DNA from: a virus
Lineage: Duplodnaviria > Caudoviricetes
Virus record (IMG/VR): IMGVR_UViG_3300020508_000007
Span: 1-57,459 of that record
Strand: one strand, 5' to 3'
Length of the DNA stretch: 57,459 nt
Both the position numbers and the translations under genes were made by a program. Below, piece by piece: positions 8,960 through 19,185 of this stretch (position 1 is its first letter; each line of letters starts with the position of its first letter). The notes below the pieces were generated by a model. The model saw only the letters and a list, made by a program, of their open reading frames with translations. It had not been told where the DNA came from and ran no database searches.

Positions 8960-10420
8960 TTAGGAAATATGAGTTCTAACTAACTTTCCATCTATGATTG
9001 CAAAAGGAGTTGCTGAGTCATCAGAAACTTTATTTTTAGCATTCAAAAAATCAATCATGTCACAAGCATTTTGAATTGATTCATCTTGTGGTACTGAAAT
9101 TAAATCATAAGGCATGCGATTTAAATCATACAAATACGCTTCTTCATTAGGAATTTCTACTGTCACATTATAAAGAGGATTATTTGTCTGTGCTCTCAAT
9201 ATTTGGTCTTGTAATTTAATCTCCATATTAGTTGCTGTTTTTAGGATTAAATCATCAGGACATGCTGGAGCCACGCTAAGCATTCGCAAAACTGGAGCAG
9301 CAAGATTTCTTGCCACGAAAATTTGATGAATTCTATCATGATATTTCCTGTTACTCAAAACCACATCAGCCCAAAGAATGGTCGTTGCCATGCTAGAAAA
9401 AAACTTAGCATTAATTGGAACGTTTTGAACGGCTTTTAAAACATATGTGCTCAAAGTATCTCGTGAAACTTTTACAGCATCAATAGGAGCTATGCCTTGA
9501 TTTAAGTTGTCCTCATACATCATTACAAAAATGTCATAAAATGCACCTAAAAATATTCTGCTAAAATTATGTGGATCTGATGATAATTGATCTGGTGGTG
9601 CATCTTGGGGCAAAGTGCTAGGACTTACATAAACAAAAGAATTTATTGCTGAACGCAAACAGTCATATGGCTTTCCATTTGTTGATCCAAAAAGTTGAAA
9701 AATAGCGATTCCAAATTGCTCGGCAATCCGACTAATTACATTTGGTTTTCGTAAATCGTTATTTGTTTCACTTAAAGCTCTGTTTATCATTTCATCATAA
9801 TTTAATGCGTGAATCATGGCAGTAAAGTCTGCAAAAGCCTCATGAAAAGCATCTACTTCAATCAGAGCAGCATTCCAAGTCTCTGGTCTATATGTGTCTA
9901 ATATTGCATGTCCAAGCTCATGGGCTACAATTTCAGACGAATCACATGTGTGAATTGTTCCTCCAATTTTTGGATGAGAATAACTGAAAAATCTTAAAGA
10001 TGAGCGATCATAATATGCATTCAAATCATTTCCCGCACGAGGATAAACATTTAATATGGAGGCTTTTGCCCAACGTGCAAATGCTCGCTCTGATTTAGAA
10101 TTGAAAAAATTTAAAGTATTAGCAACAACCACAAAACAATTTGCTGCTTGTCCTTCTATTGTGTTTCTTAAAAATCCACCGCCTCTGTAATTTTTCACCG
10201 CAAAAGCAATACGACCTGTGTATACGGGAGGAAGAATCTCCTTGATCAAATCTGGAGTGCTAAGATCATTCATAATAAATTGAATTTTCTTATTGTTTTG
10301 AGTCGGAATTTTAATTCTAGGAACAAGAATAGTAGGTCTTTTTATTCTCCAACTAATTACTTTAGCTCCTTTTACTTTTTCAAAACCAAAAAAGTTCATA
10401 ACTTTATCTAATAAATACAT
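8960..10420 (-). CDS. Zinc metallopeptidase, thermolysin/fungalysin-like (M4/M36)
   Basis: NAYY, AHELGH, FHEAFAD and DPH motifs. Confidence 0.8.
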   Translation of the reverse strand: MYLLDKVMNFFGFEKVKGAKVISWRIKRPTILVPRIKIPTQNNKKIQFIMNDLSTPDLIKEILPPVYTGRIAFAVKNYRGGGFLRNTIEGQAANCFVVVANTLNFFNSKSERAFARWAKASILNVYPRAGNDLNAYYDRSSLRFFSYSHPKIGGTIHTCDSSEIVAHELGHAILDTYRPETWNAALIEVDAFHEAFADFTAMIHALNYDEMINRALSETNNDLRKPNVISRIAEQFGIAIFQLFGSTNGKPYDCLRSAINSFVYVSPSTLPQDAPPDQLSSDPHNFSRIFLGAFYDIFVMMYEDNLNQGIAPIDAVKVSRDTLSTYVLKAVQNVPINAKFFSSMATTILWADVVLSNRKYHDRIHQIFVARNLAAPVLRMLSVAPACPDDLILKTATNMEIKLQDQILRAQTNNPLYNVTVEIPNEEAYLYDLNRMPYDLISVPQDESIQNACDMIDFLNAKNKVSDDSATPFAIIDGKLVRTHIS

Positions 10421-10463
10421 GAAACACCTCCCTTCTATATATCCTTGTTAGCTAGGCATCAAA

Positions 10464-11036
10464 ATGAGTAAACAAAAAGAAAATGTAATTAGAGAACAAA
10501 GGACCATTGAAGCAACCAAAAAGAATTTTATGGGACCATCAGGTAAATTTGGCATGATCCTACAAGCTTTTGGGACACCAGTGATTCGTCAAGGGACAGG
10601 TCTTTTTGACTCATCATACATGGATGACCCTTATGGAGACGAAGTTTACTCTGAATATGGATCAACTGCCAGCGGACAAAGAGGACCACTTCTTTTTCGT
10701 GACGAAATAGCCACAACAGCCGATGAAAATTTTTACAATGAAGGTTTAATATTTGACGGTTTAAGTCGTGGTATACATCTTGAAATAGTTTATTGGCACT
10801 ATGATAGTAGACTGCAAGTTTCTTTCAAAGGCTATCCAGTTTATATTGAAATAGCTGGCGAATTAGAGGCTTATGCACCTACAGATGAGTGGGAAAATAT
10901 TATTGAACGATTAGCCAAGGCAGGCAAAGATAGACTAAAAAGTCTTAAAAAACAGCAAGAGGAAGAAATTGGAAAGAAGTTACAAGAAAAAAAAGCCTCA
11001 TTCTTACAAAGAATTCGCACAAAGTGGGGAGTGTGA
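10464..11036 (+). CDS. Hypothetical protein
   Basis: 190-aa ORF. Confidence 0.7.
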   Translation: MSKQKENVIREQRTIEATKKNFMGPSGKFGMILQAFGTPVIRQGTGLFDSSYMDDPYGDEVYSEYGSTASGQRGPLLFRDEIATTADENFYNEGLIFDGLSRGIHLEIVYWHYDSRLQVSFKGYPVYIEIAGELEAYAPTDEWENIIERLAKAGKDRLKSLKKQQEEEIGKKLQEKKASFLQRIRTKWGV

Positions 11037-11151
11037 GCATGCTATTAACCAATCAGAGACCACAGTTGTAAATTCAATCAGTAAATCCGCATTCAAAAAC
11101 ATAAATAAGGATAGTTTAAAAGACTGTTCAGGGAATTATAGGAGGGTATCA

Positions 11152-11733
11152 ATGTCTGCAAAAAATCATGATAATTGCGAAAATCAAGACTGCAAAGTCG
11201 AAAGCTTAGTATTAGATGATGGTCGTCGTGCAGAAAGACACACAACTCTTGACGCAACCGGCAAAGAAGTTGTAGAAATTTTTGCTGAAGAAAAGCGTCC
11301 ACTAAAGCTAGAAAAAAGAATTGTTCGTGAGATGAAGAACATTATCGCCAAAGAAGTTCACCAATTCGTCAAGGATGGGGAAGTTTCTTACGAAGAAGTT
11401 CTTGCTCTTGAACCAGAAGTGCCACTACAAGTCAGATCTCGAATCGGAGTTGCTGAACATGCCAAAGTAGTAGATGGCGATTATGTACGAAAAGATGAAC
11501 TAGGAAAGCTTATTGAAGATGGTGTTGTCGCAGGTGTTTCTGCTTTAATGGAACAAATGCAGCCAGTTCAAGCACAAGCTCAACGACCAGAAGAAAAAGT
11601 CCTAAGAGCACAACAAATTGTCGAAATGAATGTAGAAGAAAAGAAAAAGAGCAACTCTTGGGAAAATTTAGCATTAGGTGCAATTATCCTAATTCAAGTT
11701 GTATTCCTTTTAGGGTACTATTTTTTAACGTAA
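11152..11733 (+). CDS. Hypothetical protein with C-terminal transmembrane anchor
   Basis: AGGAGG before ATG 11152; ends LALGAIILIQVVFLLGYYFLT. Confidence 0.7.
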   Translation: MSAKNHDNCENQDCKVESLVLDDGRRAERHTTLDATGKEVVEIFAEEKRPLKLEKRIVREMKNIIAKEVHQFVKDGEVSYEEVLALEPEVPLQVRSRIGVAEHAKVVDGDYVRKDELGKLIEDGVVAGVSALMEQMQPVQAQAQRPEEKVLRAQQIVEMNVEEKKKSNSWENLALGAIILIQVVFLLGYYFLT

Positions 11734-11774
11734 AAGTGGGTGTGTTATTTGGACACAATACAAACTATATAACT

Positions 11775-11905
11775 TCCCCTCCTACACAACTATCGTAGCA
11801 CCTGAAACCGAAAGGAAAAGGTGCTACTGTCGTGTAAGGAAAGATCGTTATCAAAAAAGACAACCTCACCGTGATCTGAACGATCTTTTCGATCAGATCA
11901 AGCCT
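11775..11905 (+). ncRNA. Candidate structured non-coding RNA
   Basis: GTAGCACCT/AGGTGCTAC stem capped by CC-GAAA-GG, second hairpin 11872-11900, TATATA just upstream. Strand and boundaries are inferred. Confidence 0.3.
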
Positions 11906-11925
11906 CTAAAATTTTCAAGTAGCGA

Positions 11926-12291
11926 TCAATTTGACTTTAAAACAGGACGCACACGAACTTCCCAAGATTCAAGATTGCCTTTAATTTCTACACTACCAAA
12001 TCTTTCGGTAAGCAAATCTACGGCTAAAGATTGACACTTTTTCTTAGCTTCATCTTTGTCAATTGCTACAAATTCTTCAAATCTGATGTAGTTTGGATGT
12101 TGCAATCCTCTTTGTTTATACATCAAATCTCCTTGCCAATTAGTAGTAGCTATTTTATGTTCGACGACTCGTTCTATTGATCTAGTCATTTTTTCTAAAA
12201 TAGCCACCAGTAACTCTGAGTTTGATTTTTCTGCAAGCTCTTTGATTAGGGATATTTCTTCTTCAGTAAAAATACAACTATTTAAAATCAT
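11926..12291 (-). CDS. Hypothetical protein
   Basis: 121-aa ORF with GAGG site. Confidence 0.65.
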   Translation of the reverse strand: MILNSCIFTEEEISLIKELAEKSNSELLVAILEKMTRSIERVVEHKIATTNWQGDLMYKQRGLQHPNYIRFEEFVAIDKDEAKKKCQSLAVDLLTERFGSVEIKGNLESWEVRVRPVLKSN

Positions 12292-12316
12292 CTAAACCTC
12301 TCTATTAAGAAATCAA

Positions 12317-12345
12317 AAATAAAAGCCCAGTTTATGCTGGGCTTT
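12317..12345 (-). terminator. Rho-independent terminator
   Basis: AAAGCCCAG/CTGGGCTTT stem followed by a T-rich tract on the minus strand. Confidence 0.65.
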
Positions 12346-12373
12346 ACATAGATCTAAAAAAGTTTGAAAGCTT

Positions 12374-12751
12374 TTAAGGTTTCGCGAGAGCAGAAATTGG
12401 CAATCTTTCCAAGGTACTTTTATTAGGATCATTTAAGCAATTTTTTGAAGACATGGTAAGTCTAGAATAGTCGCCATACTTGGCAATCTTAGACTTATTA
12501 TATGTCTTAATGCTTCGCAACATTTGCTTCAAGGATCGAACTGTTTTTCCTTCACGGATCTCATATCCAATAATCTTGGTTTTGGTATTTTTAATTACCA
12601 ATACTGTACGTCGCACAGGATGTGTGTGGTTTCCTTGATAGTAAAACTTAGCAACAGGCAACTTTCTAACAATTGGATGCTTGGTAGAGTTCACTTCGTG
12701 TGCTATCAATTTAGAGAAAGAAGTTGCTTCAAAAATTTCTGTAACCTTCAT
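12374..12751 (-). CDS. WYL-like domain protein
   Basis: FYY...RRTV...IIGYE...IKTYNKSKI spacing resembles WYL domains. Confidence 0.4.
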   Translation of the reverse strand: MKVTEIFEATSFSKLIAHEVNSTKHPIVRKLPVAKFYYQGNHTHPVRRTVLVIKNTKTKIIGYEIREGKTVRSLKQMLRSIKTYNKSKIAKYGDYSRLTMSSKNCLNDPNKSTLERLPISALAKP

Positions 12752-12874
12752 GTCAAAAATCCCTTTTTGTTTTCGTGGCTAATTCCACAGTACTTGATTT
12801 TATCTCAAATTCTTTAAGTGTCAAGCTACTTCAAAACACAAAATTTTGAAATTTAGAGTGCAAAGCTATGATGG

Positions 12875-13312
12875 TTATTTAAGATAGAGTTTCATTTCCA
12901 TGGCAGTTTCCATCGAATCTTTAAGCTGATCTTCATAAAAAACTTTCAAATACGCATAAAGAGTATGCAATGTAGGGTCGATTGCATTCTCTATCGCAGC
13001 AATCCTGTGACTGTAATTTGAAGCAACTTCTTCCTCCATTTTGATAGCATAAGCAACCAAAGCCCAAGGATCTGTTTCATCCATAATGTATGGATTGATG
13101 TTTTGCGAAGGCACGCCCCCAAGTTGGACAATCAATTTTGAAAACTCGGTTACGTGTTTGTGCTCGTCTTGAGACTCTTCTAAAAATAGCTCACTGTATT
13201 CCTGCCTATGCAAGCCTTTGACCATAGCACCCGCTTGCAAATAAAACATCATGTGTTTTCGTTCGTTTGCTAAATCTTCTTGCAAATTAGCAATAATTTT
13301 ATCGATATTCAT
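12875..13312 (-). CDS. Ferritin/bacterioferritin-like protein
   Basis: LANE...Y...EESQDEHKH...QLGGVP...MEEEV four-helix di-iron pattern. Confidence 0.8.
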   Translation of the reverse strand: MNIDKIIANLQEDLANERKHMMFYLQAGAMVKGLHRQEYSELFLEESQDEHKHVTEFSKLIVQLGGVPSQNINPYIMDETDPWALVAYAIKMEEEVASNYSHRIAAIENAIDPTLHTLYAYLKVFYEDQLKDSMETAMEMKLYLK

Positions 13313-13329
13313 AATCAGTTTGCTTTCTT

Positions 13330-14475
13330 TTATTGATGAGTGTGGAAAGGTAATTCTGGATGGCCGTGATCGTGAGTATAATCCATTTCTTTAAAACTTG
13401 CATGATTGAACTTCGGATTTGTTTCTGCATCCGTTACTCTCCATGCTAGCTCAAAAGCATACTGAGCCACCTGCATCAAACCATCATAGTTGATTTTATC
13501 TGCGGTGTCATTAGGGGTGTGATAGTGAGGATGACCCCCTGTGTGTAAAAACGCCACAGGAACTCTTTTGTTGTAAAAAGAAGCATGATCTGACCCACCC
13601 GACCCACGACTTGTAATACTTTTAGCAAAATTATACTTTTTATTCAAGTCAGAAAGTATCATTCCTATGTCAGCAGAGCTTTCTCCCTCATGAAAACTTG
13701 CAAAATACTCTCCCTTACCAAGATATCCGACCATATCCATGTTTAGCATAAAAATATGACTTTGCATTCTTGGCTTATCTTTCGGGTACAAAGGATTGTC
13801 GCAATAAAAACGACTTCCAATCAATCCCATCTCTTCTGCTGAATAAGCCTGAAATACAACTGTTCTTTTGCATTTATCCCTAATCATCGAAAAGGCTTGA
13901 GCGATTTCAAGCAAAGCAACGGTTCCAGAAGCATTGTCATCGGCTCCGGGATGAACTCTCCTTAAAGCTGGAGTCCTACTCATCGAAGGACCATATCCAA
14001 TATGGTCCATATGAGCACCAATTACCACGACTTCATTTTTCAAAACTGGATCTGTTCCTTCAATTACAGCATAAATGTTCTGCGTGTAATCATCTCCTTG
14101 TTCGTTTTTAAGACCGGAATTTACTCTTCTGATTGGAAATTTGTGGTAGACAGATTCCAAACCGAAACTTTCAAACTTGTGTTTTATAAATTCAGCAGCA
14201 ACAACATTTCCCTTCTTGCCACTCATGCGTCCCTCTAGTTCTTCACTAGCAAGATAAATTAAGTCTTTTTGAAGTTCTTCTTTGGAAATACTTTTTAAAG
14301 CATCTTCCAGAGTAATTTCTTTAGGCGGATCAACCTTGAAAGACTCATTCTTTTGAATCTTTGGACCTTCTGCCATATCGACTGTTTTGTTCTGTCTGTT
14401 CTTGATCTTCTGCAAAGCCACAAACATGGTAAGTGCTGTCATCAAAACTAAAATCATCAAAAGAATCTTTTTCAT
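13330..14475 (-). CDS. M28 family peptidase with signal or anchor
   Basis: GAHMDH, GADDNASG, AEEMGLIGS, NMDMVG, SDH and YHTPNDT motifs. Confidence 0.9.
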   Translation of the reverse strand: MKKILLMILVLMTALTMFVALQKIKNRQNKTVDMAEGPKIQKNESFKVDPPKEITLEDALKSISKEELQKDLIYLASEELEGRMSGKKGNVVAAEFIKHKFESFGLESVYHKFPIRRVNSGLKNEQGDDYTQNIYAVIEGTDPVLKNEVVVIGAHMDHIGYGPSMSRTPALRRVHPGADDNASGTVALLEIAQAFSMIRDKCKRTVVFQAYSAEEMGLIGSRFYCDNPLYPKDKPRMQSHIFMLNMDMVGYLGKGEYFASFHEGESSADIGMILSDLNKKYNFAKSITSRGSGGSDHASFYNKRVPVAFLHTGGHPHYHTPNDTADKINYDGLMQVAQYAFELAWRVTDAETNPKFNHASFKEMDYTHDHGHPELPFHTHQ

Positions 14476-14604
14476 ACTACCCTCCTGTATAACTTAATTC
14501 AGTAATTTTACATCAAGTTTGCTCGTTTTAATGTCTTGTATGTGTAAAAAATTATTAGCCAAATATACATATTAGCATCAAAACACAACAAAAAGGTGTA
14601 AAAT

Positions 14605-16440
14605 ATGGGAATTGCCGGAGAAGATATTGATCCAAATTGGAAAGCTAAATACAAAACCCTAAAAGAGTTTTACGCCAATGAATATGATCAAAGATATTTT
14701 ACTTTCAGTAGGTATGAACTAGAAATAGACCCTATGGAGTCTTTTGAAGAAATCGAAGCTTATGATTCTTTAAAGCAACAAAAAGAAATGATGAAATGTG
14801 CATTGTCATTTCCATATTTTTGTCACAAGTATGTAAAAATTGCTCACCCAAAAAGAGGTTTATTGCCCTTTGTCCTTTACAACTATCAACGTCGTTGTGT
14901 ACAAGAATACGAACACAATAGATTTAATATTATTTCCAAGTTCCGCCAAGGGGGACTGACAACAGTAACAGTTTTGTGGTGTATGTGGAGATGCATGTTC
15001 AAGCTCGATGAAACAATTATGGTTTTATCTAAGTCTGACCGTGAAGCGATTGCGGCTGGCGAAAACGTTAAAAGAGCATTGACAGAATTACCAGCTTGGT
15101 TGCGACCGGAAATGGATAAAAACAATGACCACCAAAAATTGTTTACAGAAACTGGCTGCAAGCTCTTCTTTTACACACCTGAAGCGGCTCGTGGACGTTC
15201 TATCACTTATTTGGTTTTGGACGAAGCAGCATTTATTCCACAGATGGACAAATATTGGAAAGCTATGTTCCCTACAATAAGCACCGGGGGCCACTGCATC
15301 ACAATTTCAACCGTCAACGGCGTAGGCAACTGGTACTATGACATTTACCAAGAAGCAAAAAAGAAACAAAATGATTTTAATGTGATCGAATTAGATTACT
15401 GGGAACACCCAGAATATAACGATCCTGTATGGGTGAAAGGTACGAGGGCACAGCTAGGAGAAAAAGGTTGGCTACAAGAAGTTATGCGTGACTTCCTTGG
15501 TGCTGGAGAGTCTTATATTCCTACAGATATTATTGTTGATTTAGATTTGGTCACTCAACAAATTGATCCTTTAAGAATGTTGTTTCCACAATGGAACAAC
15601 CTAGATGAAGCTAGAGAACAACGAATCATAGATATGGAAAATTGGATTCGTGGTGCTTTGCATGTTTGGAGAGAGCCAGTTGATGGAAGAGATTACATTT
15701 TAGGAATCGACTGTGCCGCTGGACTGGGTGGGGAAAACGATAACAGCGTTATTCAAGTCATTGACGCCGTAACTTGTGAACAAGTTGCAGAGTTCTATTC
15801 TAACTTATGTCCTCCATATAATTTTGCTCAAATTGTGTCTATGATAGGTAGATTGTACAACAATGGCATGATTGTGGTCGAAGATAACGGCGGATACGGA
15901 ACCAGTGTTTTGGATAAGTTGCAGCACGACTTCTTTTACGAAAACCTATACGAAGCATCCCAAGGCACAAGTAAAAATCCTAAGCCGGGTATAAAAACCA
16001 CTCACAGTAATAGACCTAAATTCTTAGAATTAATTCAGACACGTTTAATTAACAAAAGCATGGCTGTGCGTTCCAGAAGATTGGTCAAAGAACTTAAGGG
16101 CTTTGTATGGAATTCGGCAACAAAAAGAGCAGAGGCATCTAAAGGATTTCATGATGATGCAATCATGGCATTGTGTTTGGCACTGTATGCAAGAGAAACA
16201 AATCAAAGAGGTGGACCTATTGGTTTGGGTGGAATTGAAGATTCCAAGTATACCGAAGCTTACAAAGCTGAAATTTATGATGAAATTAAAAAAGAACTTT
16301 CAAAAGATTCTCCAGATGAATGGTTTAACCCAGATGATGAAGATGAATTTGGACAATTAGGTCGATACGAAATCTCTCCATCTATTCTGTATGGAGTAAA
16401 AAGACAAAATGATGAATTGCTCCGTGAATTTGGATGGTGA
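14605..16440 (+). CDS. Terminase large subunit (T4 gp17-like)
   Basis: LYNYQ, KFRQGGLTT (Walker A variant), LVLDEAAF, ISTVNG, GIDCAAG and HDDAIMA motifs. Confidence 0.93.
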   Translation: MGIAGEDIDPNWKAKYKTLKEFYANEYDQRYFTFSRYELEIDPMESFEEIEAYDSLKQQKEMMKCALSFPYFCHKYVKIAHPKRGLLPFVLYNYQRRCVQEYEHNRFNIISKFRQGGLTTVTVLWCMWRCMFKLDETIMVLSKSDREAIAAGENVKRALTELPAWLRPEMDKNNDHQKLFTETGCKLFFYTPEAARGRSITYLVLDEAAFIPQMDKYWKAMFPTISTGGHCITISTVNGVGNWYYDIYQEAKKKQNDFNVIELDYWEHPEYNDPVWVKGTRAQLGEKGWLQEVMRDFLGAGESYIPTDIIVDLDLVTQQIDPLRMLFPQWNNLDEAREQRIIDMENWIRGALHVWREPVDGRDYILGIDCAAGLGGENDNSVIQVIDAVTCEQVAEFYSNLCPPYNFAQIVSMIGRLYNNGMIVVEDNGGYGTSVLDKLQHDFFYENLYEASQGTSKNPKPGIKTTHSNRPKFLELIQTRLINKSMAVRSRRLVKELKGFVWNSATKRAEASKGFHDDAIMALCLALYARETNQRGGPIGLGGIEDSKYTEAYKAEIYDEIKKELSKDSPDEWFNPDDEDEFGQLGRYEISPSILYGVKRQNDELLREFGW

Positions 16441-16793
16441 TTATGAGTAAGTACAATGAAATAAAAAAAATTACAGGATTAGCAGAAGATCTTTTAAGAA
16501 AATCAACAAACCTGCCAGATGATAAGCACATGTCAGAAGCTCTTTTTCACCTGCGTCAAGCTATTAAGTGCTTAGAAAAAGCTGGTTCTTCACGCTCTAA
16601 AAAACAAGCTCAATCAACGCAATTCGAATCTTGGTGGGGAAGTGTGGTATCTGGCACGGCAAAAATGTCACAAAGTCCAGTATCCAATCAAGCGTATACA
16701 AGAAGTCTTAATGTATTGCAAAGCATGATAAATCAAGAAGAAAGTAAAATTACAGATGTGGAAACAGAAATTCAGAATACGTTTCTTGATTAA
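16434..16793 (+). CDS. Hypothetical protein
   Basis: Coupled to the terminase stop. Confidence 0.65.
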   Translation: MVIMSKYNEIKKITGLAEDLLRKSTNLPDDKHMSEALFHLRQAIKCLEKAGSSRSKKQAQSTQFESWWGSVVSGTAKMSQSPVSNQAYTRSLNVLQSMINQEESKITDVETEIQNTFLD

Positions 16794-16842
16794 AAATCAA
16801 AATTACAAAGATATATAATTAAAAATCTCAATGAGGCTTAAA

Positions 16843-18150
16843 ATGACGTACACAAAATTTGGAACATTCCTTGAGGAAAAAAATGTTCAAATTATGAATG
16901 AAAATGTTGATAGAATAGTTGAATCAATAATTGAATCTAGCATTCCATTTGAAGTATTTTACACAGAATGTTTATTGCCAATTTTGACTGAATCACAAAC
17001 TGAAGACCCTAACGAGCTTCTATCGGAAGTGGAAAGTTGGTTCCAAAGAAATATGCCAACATTTTCTAGAATGTTCGGTGGATCAAAACAAGAAGCTCCA
17101 AATCCTGAAGAAGAAGCTGCTGCAAAAAACCAAGCTTTTAATCAAAAACATAGTAATACTTTTGATAAAATCAAAAAAATGTTTATTGATGGGTTGAAAA
17201 AAACTGCAACTGAGATGCAAGGAAATGTTTCACGATATCCAAATGCTAAAATGTTAGTTACTGCAATTCAATCCCTTGTACAAAATGCAGCTAAGGCAAC
17301 TCAAGGATATCAATTCAAACAAGGTTCTTCTGATGAATTTTATAATAAATTCCAAGCAAATCAAGCTCAAGCAGGACAACAGAAAGCAATTCTTGGAGCA
17401 CTGCAATCTGGAAATGCTCAAGCCTTATTAAAAATGCCTGATGACCAAATAATAAAAGCTTTTGAACAACAGCCGCAAATGAAAAAGTTGACGCAATTTG
17501 CTAAAGACATTAATCAGCAAATTCAAAGAACATCTGATCCGGCTCAAAAAGCTAATTTGCAAAGTCAGCTTCGTCGAGTCATGAAATCTATTGAACAACA
17601 GCCGCAAATGAGACAACAACTGACGCAACTTGCTAAAAACATCAATCAGCAAATTCAAGTAGCATCTGATCCGGCTCAAAAAGCTAATTTGCAAAGTCAG
17701 CTTCGTCGAGTTATGAATTTAACCAAATTTGGCATGGGTTCTGAATTTGTGCAGAGTGCAGCTAAGGGACAGGCTCAACGTGATCAATTTACAAAGATGT
17801 ACAATGATAGAGCGGCTCAAGCTCAAGCCCAAGTCAAAGCAAATGCTGAAGCCAAGGAAAGACAGGCATTCGATGATCAAATGTTTGATCAGTTAATGAA
17901 AAATCCAAACCCTGAAAGAAGACCAAAAAGTGAAGAAGAATTACAATTTGAACTTGATCGCCTTTGGAAATTAGAACAGAAAAAACGTGCCAAAACCGCA
18001 ACGGGCAGCACATCAGTTACTGGTGGACCACAACCAATTCCATCACCTAGCGGAACTTCATCTCCAAGACCCATTATTAAAGATAGCACATGTCATCAAG
18101 ATGACATGTTGATTGAATCTTTAATTCGCTGCACCGGAATTGGAAAATAA
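16843..18150 (+). CDS. Q/A-rich helical protein with capsid-targeting-like N-terminus and internal duplication
   Basis: MTYTKFGTFLEE start; lies between terminase and portal. Confidence 0.7.
   Translation: MTYTKFGTFLEEKNVQIMNENVDRIVESIIESSIPFEVFYTECLLPILTESQTEDPNELLSEVESWFQRNMPTFSRMFGGSKQEAPNPEEEAAAKNQAFNQKHSNTFDKIKKMFIDGLKKTATEMQGNVSRYPNAKMLVTAIQSLVQNAAKATQGYQFKQGSSDEFYNKFQANQAQAGQQKAILGALQSGNAQALLKMPDDQIIKAFEQQPQMKKLTQFAKDINQQIQRTSDPAQKANLQSQLRRVMKSIEQQPQMRQQLTQLAKNINQQIQVASDPAQKANLQSQLRRVMNLTKFGMGSEFVQSAAKGQAQRDQFTKMYNDRAAQAQAQVKANAEAKERQAFDDQMFDQLMKNPNPERRPKSEEELQFELDRLWKLEQKKRAKTATGSTSVTGGPQPIPSPSGTSSPRPIIKDSTCHQDDMLIESLIRCTGIGK
17462..17717 (+). repeat. Two near-identical ~125-bp tandem copies
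   Basis: EQQPQM...INQQIQ..SDPAQKANLQSQLRRVM occurs twice. Confidence 0.9.
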
Positions 18151-18165
18151 AGGAAAATTGAATAC

Positions 18166-18193
18166 AAGCCCGGCATAAATGCTGGGCTTTTTT
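18166..18193 (+). terminator. Rho-independent terminator
   Basis: GCCCGGCAT-AA-ATGCTGGGC followed by T6. Confidence 0.75.
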
Positions 18194-18205
18194 CATTTAT
18201 AGGGT

Positions 18206-18724
18206 ATGCTGAACGTGAAATATGACTATTCTTGTGTCCATGTAGATTTGCCAAAAGGCATCTCCAATGAGATTATTGAATGGGGAAGAAAATATGTGAC
18301 AGATGAAGATATTTACGTATCTCAAAAAGATCCTACTTTTGGAAGAGAAGACGAGATACACACAACTATTTTGTATGGAATACACGGCGACTCACCAGAA
18401 GAAGTTAAAAATGTTTTGCAAGGATTCGGGCCAATCAAAGCTTCTTTAGGTAAAATAAATATATTTACTAATCCCTATCACTTTGATGTAGTCATGATTG
18501 AAGTTGAAAGCTCTGATTTATGTAATTTAAACAAAGCATTATCAGATAACATTAAACATACTAACAAGTATGGAGACTATAAACCTCACGTCACCATAGC
18601 ATATGTAAAGAAAAACAAAGGATGGAGATATTTGGGAAAAAATAAATTTCAAGGAAAACAATTTATTTGTGATGAATGTGTTTTTTCATCAAAAGATGGA
18701 ATTAAGTATCGATTCTTTATTTAA
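18206..18724 (+). CDS. 2H phosphoesterase (T4 gp57B/Acb1-like)
   Basis: Two HxT motifs: HTTILYG and YKPHVTIAY. Confidence 0.8.
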   Translation: MLNVKYDYSCVHVDLPKGISNEIIEWGRKYVTDEDIYVSQKDPTFGREDEIHTTILYGIHGDSPEEVKNVLQGFGPIKASLGKINIFTNPYHFDVVMIEVESSDLCNLNKALSDNIKHTNKYGDYKPHVTIAYVKKNKGWRYLGKNKFQGKQFICDECVFSSKDGIKYRFFI

Positions 18725-19120
18725 AACTGGATTCCATAATGATTCTGGGCTTCTTAAATGATACTGTCTCATACCCTCAAGTCTTATGTGATAATAGTCT
18801 TCAGCCTGAGATCTGCCGTATTTGTAAGTTTTGATAATATCGTCTAAACAATCATTTAAAGGGGTAGACCAAAAAATAAATTGATAGTATTCACAAAGCC
18901 TTTTCATAGAAAAGTCTTTGTTATGGAAAATTACGTCAACATATTTTGCAACAGACCCAGATTGCTTATGAGGATTTTGACGCAAATAGCTTACATCATC
19001 AGGATGTCCATAACTTTGATTGGTTTGATAAACCTGAATATATGGACTCTCTTGTAGTATTCCGGCAAGTTTTTGCCAATTAGATCCAAGGTGCGTCATA
19101 AGGAACAATGTGTTTTTCAT
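18689..19120 (-). CDS. Hypothetical protein, weak sulfotransferase-like N-terminus
   Basis: LFLMTHLGS...LAGILQESPYI; the resemblance is weak. Confidence 0.5.
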   Translation of the reverse strand: MKNTLFLMTHLGSNWQKLAGILQESPYIQVYQTNQSYGHPDDVSYLRQNPHKQSGSVAKYVDVIFHNKDFSMKRLCEYYQFIFWSTPLNDCLDDIIKTYKYGRSQAEDYYHIRLEGMRQYHLRSPESLWNPVLNKESILNSIF

Positions 19121-19185
19121 GGATTATAAGAGCGAAACTTACTATATAATAATAACGACGATAGTATTTTTGAAGGAGTTTTAAT

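Noticed and set aside
11795-11827. SRP RNA or hammerhead ribozyme
   Set aside because: Has a GNRA-capped stem but lacks the SRP CAGG/AGCA loop and the hammerhead CUGAnGA core.
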